Source: Methanosarcinales archaeon
GTDB lineage: Bacteria > Chloroflexota > Anaerolineae > Anaerolineales > E44-bin32
Reading direction: 5' to 3'
Length of the DNA stretch: 34,831 bases
Assembly (NCBI GenBank): GCA_048629905.1
Contig: JAIWHF010000003.1
Span: forward strand, 1 to 34,831
The position numbers and the translations under genes are program-made. Positions 1-10,354 of the stretch are shown here, one piece after another. How positions within the stretch are numbered: position 1 is the stretch's first letter; each line of letters starts with the position of its first letter. The notes beneath the pieces were generated by a model, which saw only the letters and a list, made by a program, of their open reading frames with translations, did not search any database and had not been told where the DNA came from.

Positions 1-738
1 CAGACTGATGGCCAGGATAACACCAAGCCAGGTTAAATTGAGGCCATCCTCGATGGCTGTGGCTGTCTCAAGGTAGGTCAGGGGTGAGAAATCAGCAGCG
101 CGTTCCAATTGCTCAACGACCCCTGAAAGCAGGCTGATGAAGAAGCTGGCAACCACCAGCATTGCCGCGAGCATGTTGGCAATGCTACGGGACGGAAGCA
201 GCATACTGAAGAGCAAGGCCAGGGTCATGAAGAACATCAAGATGCCAAATAGCGAGACGAATGGCAGCAGCAGCTCAAACGCCGGGATTGTGAAATTCTC
301 CGACCAGGTCATGGACAGCAGCAGTGAAGCCCAGGAAATCAGCAGCAGGAGGATGATTACCAGAGTGGTGGCCAGGAAACGACCCCAGAAAAGAGTCGTG
401 CGGCTGACAGGGTGGGCCAGGATCAGGTCGAGGGTGCCGCGCTCTTCGTCACGGGCAAGCAAGCTAGCGCCCACCCCGGTAGCAAACAGGCCTATCATCA
501 GGGGTACAAAGGAGAAGTACTCGACGTCAAGCCAGCCAATCGGGGTGCTCATCCCGCCGAAATCGAACATTTCTGCAAGCTCGGGCAGCGATTCCATGTA
601 GGCTGCCATCAAATCGCCGCTGCTGGCAATCATATCGAACAAAGAACCCATCATGAGCGCCAGAATAGCCAGGCCAATCCCCCAGCCGATGATCGCACCG
701 CGTGAGCGGCGTAAAGTGTAACGAATTACAGTAAACAT
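1..738 (-). CDS. ABC-2 type exporter permease (3' end runs off the window)
   Basis: Not in the ORF track. Manual translation from ATG at 738 gives MFTVIRYTLRRSRGAIIGWGIGLAILALMMGS...LARDEERGTLDLILAHPVSR..., hydrophobic with the typical 'EERGTLDLIL..PVSR' permease motif. Starts 1 nt after the ATPase stop. Confidence 0.88.
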   Translation of the reverse strand, partial: MFTVIRYTLRRSRGAIIGWGIGLAILALMMGSLFDMIASSGDLMAAYMESLPELAEMFDFGGMSTPIGWLDVEYFSFVPLMIGLFATGVGASLLARDEERGTLDLILAHPVSRTTLFWGRFLATTLVIILLLLISWASLLLSMTWSENFTIPAFELLLPFVSLFGILMFFMTLALLFSMLLPSRSIANMLAAMLVVASFFISLLSGVVEQLERAADFSPLTYLETATAIEDGLNLTWLGVILAISL

Positions 739-739
739 A

Positions 740-1648
740 TTATTTGTCCTCCTTCCCTTCATAGTAGGCAAGGAAAACCTCTTCCAGGCTGGTGCGCTCG
801 GTCTCGAAATCGCTGACCGGATACTGCGCCATGGCCTTGATCAGGGCGTCCATCTCGCCTTCGACCTGCAACAACACGCTCAAGCCATCGTCTTTGGCGA
901 GCAGCTCAACCCCCGGAAGGGTGAAGAGTTCGTCAGCATCGGTGGTCTGCTGGAAGCGGATACGCACCCGGCGTATGGAGCGGTTGAGCAACGATGCGGT
1001 CTCGACCACTTCGACGATCTTACCCTCGCGAATGATGGCCGCCCGGTCGGCGACGGTCTGCACTTCGCTGATGATATGCGAGGAAAAGAAGACTGTGGCC
1101 CCGTCATCCTGGGCTTCGGCTAGCATGCGTAGAGCTTCCTGCTGCATGAGCGGGTCGAGGCCGCCGGTGGGTTCGTCGAGCAGCAGCAGCTCGGGACGGT
1201 GCATTAGCGCCTGCACGACGCCAACCTTCTGCTTATTGCCTTTCGAAAAGTTTTTAATTGGGGTCTTGAGTTCCAATTTGAGGCGGTCGGACAATTCCTG
1301 GATGAAGTCCCAGTTCGAACGATTGCCGCGCAGACGGTTGAAATATCGGAAAACCTGCCGGGCGGTCATATTCTCGTCTAGATGCAACTCGCCGGGCAGA
1401 TAACCGACGCGCGCCTTGATCGCTTCAGGCTCTGCCTGCGGGTTCAGCCCCAGCACACTGATCGTACCGCCTTGCGGGCGGATCAAATCCAGCATGCAGC
1501 GGATGGTAGTGGTCTTCCCAGACCCATTGGGGCCCAGAAAACCAAAGACTTCTCCCTTTTTAACTTCCAAATCAACGCCAAACAAGGCCTGGACGTTGCC
1601 ATAGGATTTAGTCAATCCTTGTATTTTGATTACATTATCTTCTGACAT
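740..1648 (-). CDS. ABC transporter ATP-binding protein (DrrA/CcmA-like)
   Basis: Walker A GPNGSGKTT, signature FSKGNKQK, Walker B LLLLDEPT, H-loop SSH. Start placed at MSEDNVIK (ATG 1648) behind GAGGTG. Confidence 0.93.
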   Translation of the reverse strand: MSEDNVIKIQGLTKSYGNVQALFGVDLEVKKGEVFGFLGPNGSGKTTTIRCMLDLIRPQGGTISVLGLNPQAEPEAIKARVGYLPGELHLDENMTARQVFRYFNRLRGNRSNWDFIQELSDRLKLELKTPIKNFSKGNKQKVGVVQALMHRPELLLLDEPTGGLDPLMQQEALRMLAEAQDDGATVFFSSHIISEVQTVADRAAIIREGKIVEVVETASLLNRSIRRVRIRFQQTTDADELFTLPGVELLAKDDGLSVLLQVEGEMDALIKAMAQYPVSDFETERTSLEEVFLAYYEGKEDK

Positions 1649-1845
1649 ATACACCTCTTGTTTACAATAATTGCACACTTGACTTCGACAGTCTGCGATC
1701 CAGAATACTTGAATGTTAGCACATTAGCGTTTCGTTACTGCAGACAACCACATCTCAAATAGCTGACAAGCTGACCATCATTCGCATTCATCCCCTAGTT
1801 TTGCTTTTCCCAATTTCCGGGGAATCCAAACCTATCCTACTCAAA

Positions 1846-2688
1846 CTAATCGCAAACCAGGGCCTCTAATACCTCCTCAAGCGAAGGTTGCTCTGGTTCC
1901 TCCTTGAAATGCGCGAGGCGACGAAAAATCTCACCCGCAGCCTCATGGAAACCCGCGGGGACTCCTGCCCCTGCGAATGTCGCTGCTATCTCATCCATCT
2001 CCCCAGTAAATCGCCACGCCTTTACAGTCGCTCGCTTGACCCTGGCCGCCGTCTGATCTGCAAAATCCGATCCATTCCGAGACCATTGTCGCTCCAAATC
2101 CTTTCGCACACCTAGCTCCTCAGCCGCAGCGAGAATCGCGCAAAGCAAGGCTGTCGTCCCTTTAGTGTAGGCCGCGTAGCACATTTTGATCGCAGATGCT
2201 TTCCCAATTTCCTCACCGATAATGCACGTCTCGAGAGGACCTGCGGAGAAACATTCGGTCAAGCGCTCAGCATGCTCGCCGGAGAGATAGAGCCACGTCT
2301 TTCCCGGTTCCCACGCAGGGCCACCGATGATGCCACCATCTACAAATTTCACGCCTGCTTCATCCATCAACCGACTGATGTGTTTCGCCCGTTGCGGCGC
2401 TATCGCATTGGCATCCAGATAGAGCCCATCAAAGGCTGTTTCTAAGGTTTGTCTCGCCACCTCCTCCGCAGCATGAGGTGGACATACACAGACGATCACA
2501 GAGCAAGTTTCACAAAGCTCATTCAAAGATCGGACTTCAACAAGATTGTGTTTCTCAGCTCGTTCGTGTGTTTGCGCGCTTCGCCCTGCAGATGCCCAAT
2601 AGACCGTGTGCCCTGAATTTTGAGCCGATGCGGCCAGGGATATTCCCATGGCACCGGGGTGTAGAAATCCGATTTTTAGCTTCGTCAT
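1846..2688 (-). CDS. NAD(P)-dependent oxidoreductase, 6-phosphogluconate/3-hydroxyisobutyrate dehydrogenase family (DUF1932-like C-terminus)
   Basis: Rossmann motif IGFLHPGAMG, FVDGGIIGGP, ASAIKMCYAAYTKG, KAWRFTGEMDEIA. Start at MTKLK after an AGAGAGGG RBS. Confidence 0.85.
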   Translation of the reverse strand: MTKLKIGFLHPGAMGISLAASAQNSGHTVYWASAGRSAQTHERAEKHNLVEVRSLNELCETCSVIVCVCPPHAAEEVARQTLETAFDGLYLDANAIAPQRAKHISRLMDEAGVKFVDGGIIGGPAWEPGKTWLYLSGEHAERLTECFSAGPLETCIIGEEIGKASAIKMCYAAYTKGTTALLCAILAAAEELGVRKDLERQWSRNGSDFADQTAARVKRATVKAWRFTGEMDEIAATFAGAGVPAGFHEAAGEIFRRLAHFKEEPEQPSLEEVLEALVCD

Positions 2689-2771
2689 GGTCCCTCTCTT
2701 TTCCCTGCCCAATCCTCTGGAGACGTCCTTGCGTTTTTCCAGGATTGGTTGGTATCCGCAGAGAAGCAGGC

Positions 2772-3329
2772 TCAGTCAACCATTCTCCCCATGATAACGG
2801 TGTCCGCATAATCATCCTCTGCAAATTTGATATCGCGTGGAGCCCTACCTTCGATTGTGAAGCCATTTTGGTGGTAGAGAGCTATGGCAACCTCACTCGT
2901 TGAGAAGACGAATAAACCAAGCTTCTCGATTCCCTTATTACCTTCTGCCCAGCGAACAATGGTATCTATGAGCGCATTTCCGATCCCATGTCTGCGCCAC
3001 GTTGAGTGTACCCAGACCGAATCCACATCGCCAAAGTGCGCAGTGCGCTTCAGTCCGCCTGCCTTAACCCGCGCCATTCCTACGATCAGCCCGTCAACCT
3101 CAGCAACAACTCGAAGGCAGCCAGGGCGTTCGATCTCATCAGCAATAGCCTTTCGTTCTACTTCCTCGGTCCGCTGCATTTCTTCTAGTAGGAGCAATGT
3201 ATATCGACCCTCGGCTAACACAGACTTGTATAGGTCCAAAATAGCGGCTGCATCAGTCTCAGATGCAGTCCGAATATATAAGTGCTCCCCCTGCTCCAAG
3301 GTTAGCTCTCGTTGTTCAATTTCACCCAT
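2772..3329 (-). CDS. GNAT family N-acetyltransferase
   Basis: Acetyl-CoA motif VWVHSTWRRHGIGNAL, and AIALYHQNGF; GAGGTG RBS upstream. Confidence 0.88.
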   Translation of the reverse strand: MGEIEQRELTLEQGEHLYIRTASETDAAAILDLYKSVLAEGRYTLLLLEEMQRTEEVERKAIADEIERPGCLRVVAEVDGLIVGMARVKAGGLKRTAHFGDVDSVWVHSTWRRHGIGNALIDTIVRWAEGNKGIEKLGLFVFSTSEVAIALYHQNGFTIEGRAPRDIKFAEDDYADTVIMGRMVD

Positions 3330-3472
3330 ATTGGTACACCTCTTATTTTTCTAATTCCCATGCTTCACGCAAAACGAAGAAGGGCGAGCAGCAACTTGTA
3401 AGAACTCCCCTGAACTGGATGTTTAAATTAAGACTTACTTATTGGGGATCCGCTGCGTTCGATTCCGACCCA

Positions 3473-4135
3473 TCAAGAAGAGCCCGCTAGAGGAATGACA
3501 TAAAAAAGAATGGCAAAAAAGTGAAACGCGCTTCCTGCCAGCACGAAAATATGCCAGATTGCGTGGTGATACGGCAGTCGACGCCAAACATAGAAAACAA
3601 TCCCTACTGTGTAGGACAACCCTCCCATGAGTAGAAGGAGAAGACCTCCCGGGTCCATAGCAGCGAGCAAGGGTTTCGTCGCGAAGACCACCACCCACCC
3701 CATGCCAACGTAAAGTGCTAACGATATCAATGGCCACTTGCGCAGTCGTGTTACTTGAAAAATAATTCCAATGAGTGCGAGACCCCAGACTACACCAAAG
3801 AGAGTCCAACCCCAAGCGCCGCGCAAGTTCACAAGAGTGAATGGCGTATAGGTTCCGGCGATAAGAAGAAAAATGACCGAATGATCAATGACCCGAAGTA
3901 TTTCCTTTACACGGGGAAGCTGGACGCTGTGATAAAGAGTAGAGGCGGCATACAACAGGATCAGCGTTGCACCGAAAATACTGGTGCTTACAATGTGCCA
4001 GGTGTCTCCCCACACGCTGGCAAATGCCGTCAGTACGGCTAAGCCGCCGATTGAAAGAACCACTCCAACGCCGTGGGTCACACTGTTGGCGATTTCCTCA
4101 CCGATGCTGTAGCGGGGTTTACTATGGGATGTCAT
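3473..4135 (-). CDS. Hemolysin III / PAQR family membrane protein (YqfA/TrhA-like)
   Basis: EEIANSVTHG, STLYH, DHSVIFLLIAGTYTP and HAIWHIFV motifs, about 7 TM helices. Start placed at MTSHSK. Confidence 0.92.
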   Translation of the reverse strand: MTSHSKPRYSIGEEIANSVTHGVGVVLSIGGLAVLTAFASVWGDTWHIVSTSIFGATLILLYAASTLYHSVQLPRVKEILRVIDHSVIFLLIAGTYTPFTLVNLRGAWGWTLFGVVWGLALIGIIFQVTRLRKWPLISLALYVGMGWVVVFATKPLLAAMDPGGLLLLLMGGLSYTVGIVFYVWRRLPYHHAIWHIFVLAGSAFHFFAILFYVIPLAGSS

Positions 4136-4254
4136 ATTCAATATTCTAACGTATTCTCGGCTCGTAAGTCGGAACACTTGGTACAGATTACGCCAATCCG
4201 CACTTATCCCTGAAAATCACAACCTGAACGAGCGCGAACAACTCGTCTAAGCCT

Positions 4255-5664
4255 TCAATCGCTTGAAAGGAGATGAAGTGTATACGAGTCTAACACTTCT
4301 CCACCTAAACCATACGCTGTCAAGCCGATGCGGTCGGGGAAAAGTTCCAGGATCACAAAGTGCGACTTGGCCGTGAAGAATTCACTTTCTTCTCTCGTGT
4401 CCCGCTTATCATAGAGTATATTAGACCCTCCACCGGAAACGATGTAGGTTATGCCATTCAATTCCAGCCGTTCATAGTTGTGGTCATGGCCGGATAACAC
4501 CAGGGCAACATTGGCTTCCTCGAATAGTGGGATCCAGGCTTGCCGGATGGGTATCCCGTCGTCAGGATGATAACCACTCGTGAAAGGAGGGATATGGAAG
4601 ACCACGATATTCGTTGTCGATGTGCTTCCTCCCAACCTTTCCTGGAGCCAGGCATTTTGCTCCTCCCTCAAATCCAAAGAATAAAACTGCTGGCTATTGA
4701 GAAAGATAAATTGGTAATCGTTTTGCGTGAATGCATACCATTCGCGTCGCCCCAACATGCCACCAAAATCATCCCCCCCGTAACTATTCTCCAGCGGAGG
4801 AAAAGCTGCGTAGTAGAAGGGCTGATCCCGCCAATAGGCATCTTCATACCCTTCGTGATTGCCGAAGACTGGATAAATGGGCGCTGCGTGGAGCAGGTCA
4901 GCCAGCGGTTGATAGAACTTCCTGATAAAAGCTTGCGGAGGGGAAGGATCTTGATAAACATTGTATACAAGATCACCAGTGTGGATGACCGATTCAGGGT
5001 GATGGGATGCCATCTCTTCAGCAAGTTGATAGGTTACATCTTCTCCGAAGCCCGAATCTCCAATGACACCAATACGGATAGGCCAATCGTTTTCCTGCGG
5101 CAATCGGATCGCTATAGGCTCCCAAACGCCATCTGCAAAGGAAGGCGGATGGTGGACACCATCATCATCAGAAACACCTACCCACGCCTCATACAACGCT
5201 CCGGGCTCCAGGCCACTCACTTTGATAAGGTGCGTGTCCGTCGCTGCGTTAAACGTGATCCACTGAGTCTGGTCTGATGGATTGCCATACAGCGAGTAAT
5301 ATACTGCGCCTTCCGCCGGCGACTCCAGCATGAAGTAAAGATCTGCTTCTGTTTCTGAGAGATGCTGGATTGTGAGTGGGATAACGTAAGCGCCGAGGAC
5401 CTTTGAAGAATCATAACTTGGAGGCGGGACCATCTCCTCAAGCGTAGGTGCAATCGTTGGCGTGAGTGGAGGGGGTGTTTGTACTGGCGTGGACGTCCTT
5501 AGCTGCTCTGTTGTAGGCGGCAGTTTGGGATACTCATCCTGCACCGAGCCCCCGGATCGAGCACAGCCTGTCATCGCTCCCAGCAAAATAACACCAGCGA
5601 CAAAGCAGATGACTCGGAACTGGCGGGGAGGCGGCCTTAAGATCGCTTTTTTGCGGATTGCCAA
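4255..5664 (-). CDS. Metallophosphoesterase (purple acid phosphatase-like) lipoprotein
   Basis: Motifs GDSG, TGDLVY, GNHE, VFH, GHDHNYER. Signal peptide with lipobox-like AMTGC, then a Pro/Thr linker. TTG start behind GGAGGAG. Confidence 0.85.
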   Translation of the reverse strand: MAIRKKAILRPPPRQFRVICFVAGVILLGAMTGCARSGGSVQDEYPKLPPTTEQLRTSTPVQTPPPLTPTIAPTLEEMVPPPSYDSSKVLGAYVIPLTIQHLSETEADLYFMLESPAEGAVYYSLYGNPSDQTQWITFNAATDTHLIKVSGLEPGALYEAWVGVSDDDGVHHPPSFADGVWEPIAIRLPQENDWPIRIGVIGDSGFGEDVTYQLAEEMASHHPESVIHTGDLVYNVYQDPSPPQAFIRKFYQPLADLLHAAPIYPVFGNHEGYEDAYWRDQPFYYAAFPPLENSYGGDDFGGMLGRREWYAFTQNDYQFIFLNSQQFYSLDLREEQNAWLQERLGGSTSTTNIVVFHIPPFTSGYHPDDGIPIRQAWIPLFEEANVALVLSGHDHNYERLELNGITYIVSGGGSNILYDKRDTREESEFFTAKSHFVILELFPDRIGLTAYGLGGEVLDSYTLHLLSSD

Positions 5665-7088
5665 AGCTCCTCCAATTCATCGATTGTTAGTTCAGAAAGC
5701 TTACGTTCTCCTACCCGTGCCTGTTTTTCGACATCCGTAAACCTTCGCCGGAAGCGACGATTAGCCTCTCGCAATGCAGCTTCCGGATCAACGCCTCTCC
5801 AACGAGCGTAATTTACGACAGCAAATAGTAAATCTCCGACTTCCCAAGCTACGTGTTCGTCTTCAGAAGCTTCTTGAACCTCGGCGAGCTCCTCCTCGAG
5901 CTTCGCCAGCACGCCATCGATGCCAGGCCAATCGAATCCCACCCTGGCGACTCGCGCTTGAATCTCTTCCGCCTGCGTGAGCGCTGGTAGGTCAATCGGC
6001 ACACCATCCAGGATTCCCTTTTCGGAACCCTCATTCTCGCGCTCGACTTCCTTAAGCGCCTCCCAATTGAGCAAGACCTGGTCTACATCCTCAACATCCA
6101 GGTCAGCAAAAACATGTGGATGACGGCGGATGATTTTCGATTGAATGCTAGCGATAACATCAGACGTTGTGAAGAAGCCCTCTTCGGTCGCGATCTGGGC
6201 ATGGAGGACAATTTGAAGCAGCAGATCGCCCAACTCCTCCTGCAGCGCATCCATATCTTCAGTGTCTAATGCCTGGAGAGCTTCATACGCTTCCTCCATA
6301 AGATGATTCCGCAGGCTTTGATGTGTTTGTTTAATATCCCACGGGCACCCATCGGGCGCACGTAGATGTGCCACCGTCTCCTGGAAATTCTCGAAAGCGG
6401 ACTCCACTGGCATCTCCGGTAGAAAAAGCGTCGTCATAGTGCCGATGCTCTCGCTGTGATCAATTTCCGCCAGGGGGAGATCTTCTCTCCATCCGTCGTC
6501 GGTTCCCGCCTTATGTAACAAGCTGGCAGGATGTTCAGGTGGATATTGATTCAACAAGGTCAATTTAACATCCGCAGCGACGAGTTTGGAATATAGCTGT
6601 CCGACCAAAGCCGGAGTGTCAGGCGGGAATGGCGGATGATATCTTCCTGCAATCTCTAGAGCGTCATAAATCGAAAGACCATCCAATGCATCGAGCTCAA
6701 GAAGCCCCAGACACGGTTCTATAAAACTTATTCCATGGAGCACACGAACCAAGAACTTCTCCTCCGCGGCCAAACGCAGAAGAGCACTTACCGTCGCCTC
6801 GCCGATCGTTGGGTCACCGGGAACTGCATAAACAACAGGTGGATTTCTGCGCACCTCTTCGAGAATTTTATTGACGATGGCTGAATAAACCCCATCGAAT
6901 TCATCGATCTCCTCGTAGAGATGGTCGAAAGTGATGAGCTCAAGTTGCGGAGGAAGTGCATCATGGACAGGATGTTGACCCGTTCTGAAATAGATGACCT
7001 TCGAGCCTGTGAGCAATTCCCACACGCTCCGTGAGACAAACTCCGGCGAACCCGGCCCCAATCCTACAATCGTCAAATCTGCTTCCAA
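5637..7088 (-). CDS. mazG: YabN-type tetrapyrrole methylase-like / MazG nucleoside triphosphate pyrophosphohydrolase fusion
   Basis: N-terminal IVGLGPG and YAVPGDP; MazG motifs LRAPDGCPWD, EEAYE, EELGDLL, RRHPHVF, GFDW, EVGDLLF. TTG start at 7088 behind AGGAGG. Confidence 0.92.
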   Translation of the reverse strand: MEADLTIVGLGPGSPEFVSRSVWELLTGSKVIYFRTGQHPVHDALPPQLELITFDHLYEEIDEFDGVYSAIVNKILEEVRRNPPVVYAVPGDPTIGEATVSALLRLAAEEKFLVRVLHGISFIEPCLGLLELDALDGLSIYDALEIAGRYHPPFPPDTPALVGQLYSKLVAADVKLTLLNQYPPEHPASLLHKAGTDDGWREDLPLAEIDHSESIGTMTTLFLPEMPVESAFENFQETVAHLRAPDGCPWDIKQTHQSLRNHLMEEAYEALQALDTEDMDALQEELGDLLLQIVLHAQIATEEGFFTTSDVIASIQSKIIRRHPHVFADLDVEDVDQVLLNWEALKEVERENEGSEKGILDGVPIDLPALTQAEEIQARVARVGFDWPGIDGVLAKLEEELAEVQEASEDEHVAWEVGDLLFAVVNYARWRGVDPEAALREANRRFRRRFTDVEKQARVGERKLSELTIDELEELWQSAKKRS

Positions 7089-7103
7089 AACAGCCTCCTG
7101 ATA

Positions 7104-7141
7104 CAACACGAAAGGCCGGGGTGAGTTAACCTCCCCGGCCT
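7104..7141 (-). terminator. Probable intrinsic terminator after rplM-rpsI
   Basis: GC stem AGGCCGGGG...CCCCGGCCT (7113-7141) followed on the minus strand by TTCGTGTTG; a T-run also flanks it on the plus strand. Confidence 0.7.
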
Positions 7142-7184
7142 GGTTTTTCCACAAACAATAAAAGACGCATAGTGCCTGGATCGA

Positions 7185-7577
7185 TCAGCGTTTCGTATAC
7201 GTCGGTGCCTTGCGCGCACGCTTCAAACCCGGCTTCTTGCGCTCCTTCATGCGCGAGTCGCGAGTGAGGAAACCTCCGGATCGCATCTTCGGCCGCAGTT
7301 CAGGTTCCATTTTAAGCAGAGCCCTAGCTACGCCATGCATAACCGCACCCGTCTGTCCTGTAACCCCGCCGCCTTTGACGTGTACGGATACATCCAGCTT
7401 ACCTTCCATCTCCGCTGCTTTCATGGGATCAAGGATGATATCCATGTCACCCATGCGCGTGAAGTACTCCGCTCCAGGTTTGCCATTGACAACAATATTC
7501 CCACTGCCAGGCGTAATACGGACCCGGGCTGAGCTAGTTTTTCGTCGTCCTATGCCTTCATAATATTTCTCAGACAT
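7185..7577 (-). CDS. rpsI: 30S ribosomal protein S9
   Basis: GRRKTSSARV, GGGVTGQ, ERKKPGLKRARKAPTYTKR. Confidence 0.98.
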   Translation of the reverse strand: MSEKYYEGIGRRKTSSARVRITPGSGNIVVNGKPGAEYFTRMGDMDIILDPMKAAEMEGKLDVSVHVKGGGVTGQTGAVMHGVARALLKMEPELRPKMRSGGFLTRDSRMKERKKPGLKRARKAPTYTKR

Positions 7578-7642
7578 CAATCCTGCCTTCCTCTAACATT
7601 CTTCTCGATGTTGTTCTGTGAGACAGTTTCCTTTAGCGCAGA

Positions 7643-8077
7643 TTATTCAAACTTCAGTTTTTTTGGTTTCTGTGCGCTATGAGGATGATCTGCCCCTCGA
7701 TAGACTTTGAGCTTTTTCATGAGCTTCCGACCGAGGCGATTATGCGGAATCATGCCCCACACCGCTGAAGTGATTACGCGATCCGGGAACTTCTCCAATT
7801 GATTACGGAGTGAAATCGCCTTTAGACCACCCGGGTAACCCGAATGGCGGTAATACATTTTCTGATCTAATTTCTTTCCCGTAACGGTCACTTGTTCAGA
7901 ATTTATGACTATGACAAAGTCTCCCAAATCAACGCCGGGCGTGTATTCGGGTTTACTTTTCCCTATCAGGACCTGAGCGATACGCGATGCCAGACGTCCT
8001 AGGTTCTCCCCTGCCGCGTCAACGACATACCAGTCTCGGGTTACATCATCGGGTTTTGGATAATACGTTTTCTGCAC
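7643..8077 (-). CDS. rplM: 50S ribosomal protein L13
   Basis: WYVVDAAG..LGRLAS, YYRHSGYPGGLK, HPHSAQKP. Confidence 0.98.
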   Translation of the reverse strand: MQKTYYPKPDDVTRDWYVVDAAGENLGRLASRIAQVLIGKSKPEYTPGVDLGDFVIVINSEQVTVTGKKLDQKMYYRHSGYPGGLKAISLRNQLEKFPDRVITSAVWGMIPHNRLGRKLMKKLKVYRGADHPHSAQKPKKLKFE

Positions 8078-8160
8078 GCTACTTACTCCTGCATTCCTTC
8101 GGTTTCGATCTCTACTGCTTCAATGGCTTCCGCTTACACCGCCCTAAATTCCATGCGGCC

Positions 8161-8940
8161 TCATTCGTATTTTACGCTGAGAAGGCACAAGCCTTGTGAA
8201 GGCGCTAACCCGCCATCCCATTTTTCATTGGGGTTCTGCACCGCAGCAAGAAAATCGTCCACCTTCATCTTGCCATTCCCAACTGCTAACAGTGCAGATA
8301 CCAGCCTTCGCACCATGTGGTAGAGAAAAGCATTAGCCTCAATCTCGAACCACAGTTCATCGTCCTGCAGATTCCAAACCGCTTCAAAGATCTCCCGCAC
8401 CGTGCTCCCCTCTGGTCGTGGTGCGCTGCCAAAAGCGCCGAAGTCTTTCTTGCCGACGATCATATCCGCTGCACGGTTCAACAGTTTGATATCCGCTTCA
8501 GCTCCGATACGCCAGGCGTAACGCTCTCGCAACGGATCCCGCGTTTTGTCAATGAATAGACTATAGCGGTAACGTCTGCTGACGGCTGAATAGCGCGGGT
8601 GAAAGTCTTTCTGTGCAAGCAAAGTCTTTCGGACAGCGATATCGTGTGGCAGATTGGCGTTTATCGCCATACTGAGATTTTCGGGCGGGTGCTGCCACAC
8701 AAGTTGGTAAGCGATAACCTGACCTCGTGCATGCACACCGCTATCGGTTCGCCCGGCTGCTCTCAGGGAGCTCTCTTGCCATCCGATATTCTGAAGTGCC
8801 TGCTCCAGTTCTCCTTGGACGGTTCTCCGCCCGGAGGCCTGTCGCTGGAAACCTTCAAAATTAGTGCCGTCGTAAGCTACGATCGATTGGTAAGCTGCTA
8901 AAGACGGAGTTTCTTCCTGCCCCGTCACGGCCGGTTTCAT
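8161..8940 (-). CDS. truA: tRNA pseudouridine(38-40) synthase TruA
   Basis: AYDGTNFEGFQ, AGRTDSGVHA, FLYHMVR, APSQGLCL. Confidence 0.96.
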   Translation of the reverse strand: MKPAVTGQEETPSLAAYQSIVAYDGTNFEGFQRQASGRRTVQGELEQALQNIGWQESSLRAAGRTDSGVHARGQVIAYQLVWQHPPENLSMAINANLPHDIAVRKTLLAQKDFHPRYSAVSRRYRYSLFIDKTRDPLRERYAWRIGAEADIKLLNRAADMIVGKKDFGAFGSAPRPEGSTVREIFEAVWNLQDDELWFEIEANAFLYHMVRRLVSALLAVGNGKMKVDDFLAAVQNPNEKWDGGLAPSQGLCLLSVKYE

Positions 8941-8946
8941 CCCAGC

Positions 8947-9324
8947 CTATTCTTCTACGAGTTCTAAGATGACCATCTCCGCGGCGTCGCCGAGGCGTGG
9001 CCCGAGTTTAACAACCCGGGTGTATCCACCTGGTCGATCCACATAGCGCGGGGCGATATCATCAAAAAGCTTCATAACGATTTCGTTGTCATTCAACCGT
9101 GCGGCTGCCAGGCGACGTGCGTGAACTGCTTTCGCGTCTCCCGCTTCGTTGCCCTTCTTCGCCAGCGTAATCAGCTTTTCCGCGCCGCCGCGCACTGCTG
9201 CCGCTTTTGCTTTCGTTGTTTTGATTCGCTCGTAACGAAAGAGATCTTTCATCAGATTCTTTCGCAACGCTATACGATGGCCCTTTGACCGGCTTAATCT
9301 TTTACCTGCAACTTGGTGTCTCAT
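8947..9324 (-). CDS. rplQ: 50S ribosomal protein L17
   Basis: True start [12 protein letters not shown] at ATG 9324; [10 protein letters not shown]. The ORF track over-extends it into rpoA. Confidence 0.97.
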   Translation of the reverse strand: MRHQVAGKRLSRSKGHRIALRKNLMKDLFRYERIKTTKAKAAAVRGGAEKLITLAKKGNEAGDAKAVHARRLAAARLNDNEIVMKLFDDIAPRYVDRPGGYTRVVKLGPRLGDAAEMVILELVEE

Positions 9325-9331
9325 GAATCCC

Positions 9332-10303
9332 TCACTCCGCCTCTTCCGCCTGCTCCGACTCTTCGTCAAGATAGCCCTTCTCAGACAAGCGCTCCTTGAG
9401 TTCGTCGAGGCTCTTCTCGCCGAAGTTGCGGATGGATAACATCGCTTCTTCGCCCTTTTCGAGCATGTCAAGCACTTCACCGACGTTCGTAATTCCCGTT
9501 CGCTTGAGAGAGTTGAAAACCCGAACTGTGAGATCAAGGTTCTCAATGGGAATTTCATAAACCTCACTGGTAAGGCGAGTATCTTCCTCTTCCACCGCTG
9601 CGACCATCAGGCTCTCTTCTGTGACGCCGCCGATATCGCGTAGATGCGCCATGAGAATTTGCGCGCTGCGGCTCAATGCTTCCTCTGGCTTGATCGTGCC
9701 ATCGGTCCAGATCTCCATAACCAGCGAGTCATAGCTAGTGTCCTGACCCACTCGGGCGCGCCCGATTTCGTAGTGCACTCGTCGTACTGGGTTGAAAATC
9801 GCATCCGTCGGAAGCTCTCCAATGGGTAGACGACCGCGCTCATCAGAAGGAGAATAGCCCCGTCCCCGTTCAACGTTCAACTCGATTTCAAGATGTGCTT
9901 TATCGTCATCCACAGTAAACAGATAGAGCTCCGGATTGACGATCTCCACTTCAGCAGGAGCGATGATGTCAGCCGCCGTTACAACGCCCTCACCTTTCAC
10001 ATCAAGGCGCAAGCGGGCGGATTCGCCCTCGTGCAAGAAGAGACGCAGTTTCTTGAAATTCAGCATCAATTGCAGCACATCTTCACGGACGCCAGGAATG
10101 TCTGTGAATTCATGCGGAATATCCGTAATGCGAATGGAGCTTACTGCTGCGCCTTCCAGGGAACTTAACAGAATCCGTCGAAGAGCGTTGCCGACCGTAA
10201 TGCCATATCCAGCCTCAAGAGGGCTGATCACGAATTTACTATAATTTTGAGCGATGGCTTCTCGTTCAATCTTCGGCATAACTAGGTTGGTGGTTATAAC
10301 CAC
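9332..10303 (-). CDS. rpoA: RNA polymerase alpha subunit
   Basis: [27 protein letters not shown]; [16 protein letters not shown] and RNFGEKSL. Confidence 0.98.
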   Translation of the reverse strand: MVITTNLVMPKIEREAIAQNYSKFVISPLEAGYGITVGNALRRILLSSLEGAAVSSIRITDIPHEFTDIPGVREDVLQLMLNFKKLRLFLHEGESARLRLDVKGEGVVTAADIIAPAEVEIVNPELYLFTVDDDKAHLEIELNVERGRGYSPSDERGRLPIGELPTDAIFNPVRRVHYEIGRARVGQDTSYDSLVMEIWTDGTIKPEEALSRSAQILMAHLRDIGGVTEESLMVAAVEEEDTRLTSEVYEIPIENLDLTVRVFNSLKRTGITNVGEVLDMLEKGEEAMLSIRNFGEKSLDELKERLSEKGYLDEESEQAEEAE

Positions 10304-10354
10304 AATATCCCTCCGCGACCCACGACCTTAGGAACGTATCCGTGCACGGATCGA

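Noticed and set aside
137-705. Plus-strand ORFs of 154 and 97 aa
   Set aside because: They lie antisense to the ABC permease on the minus strand.
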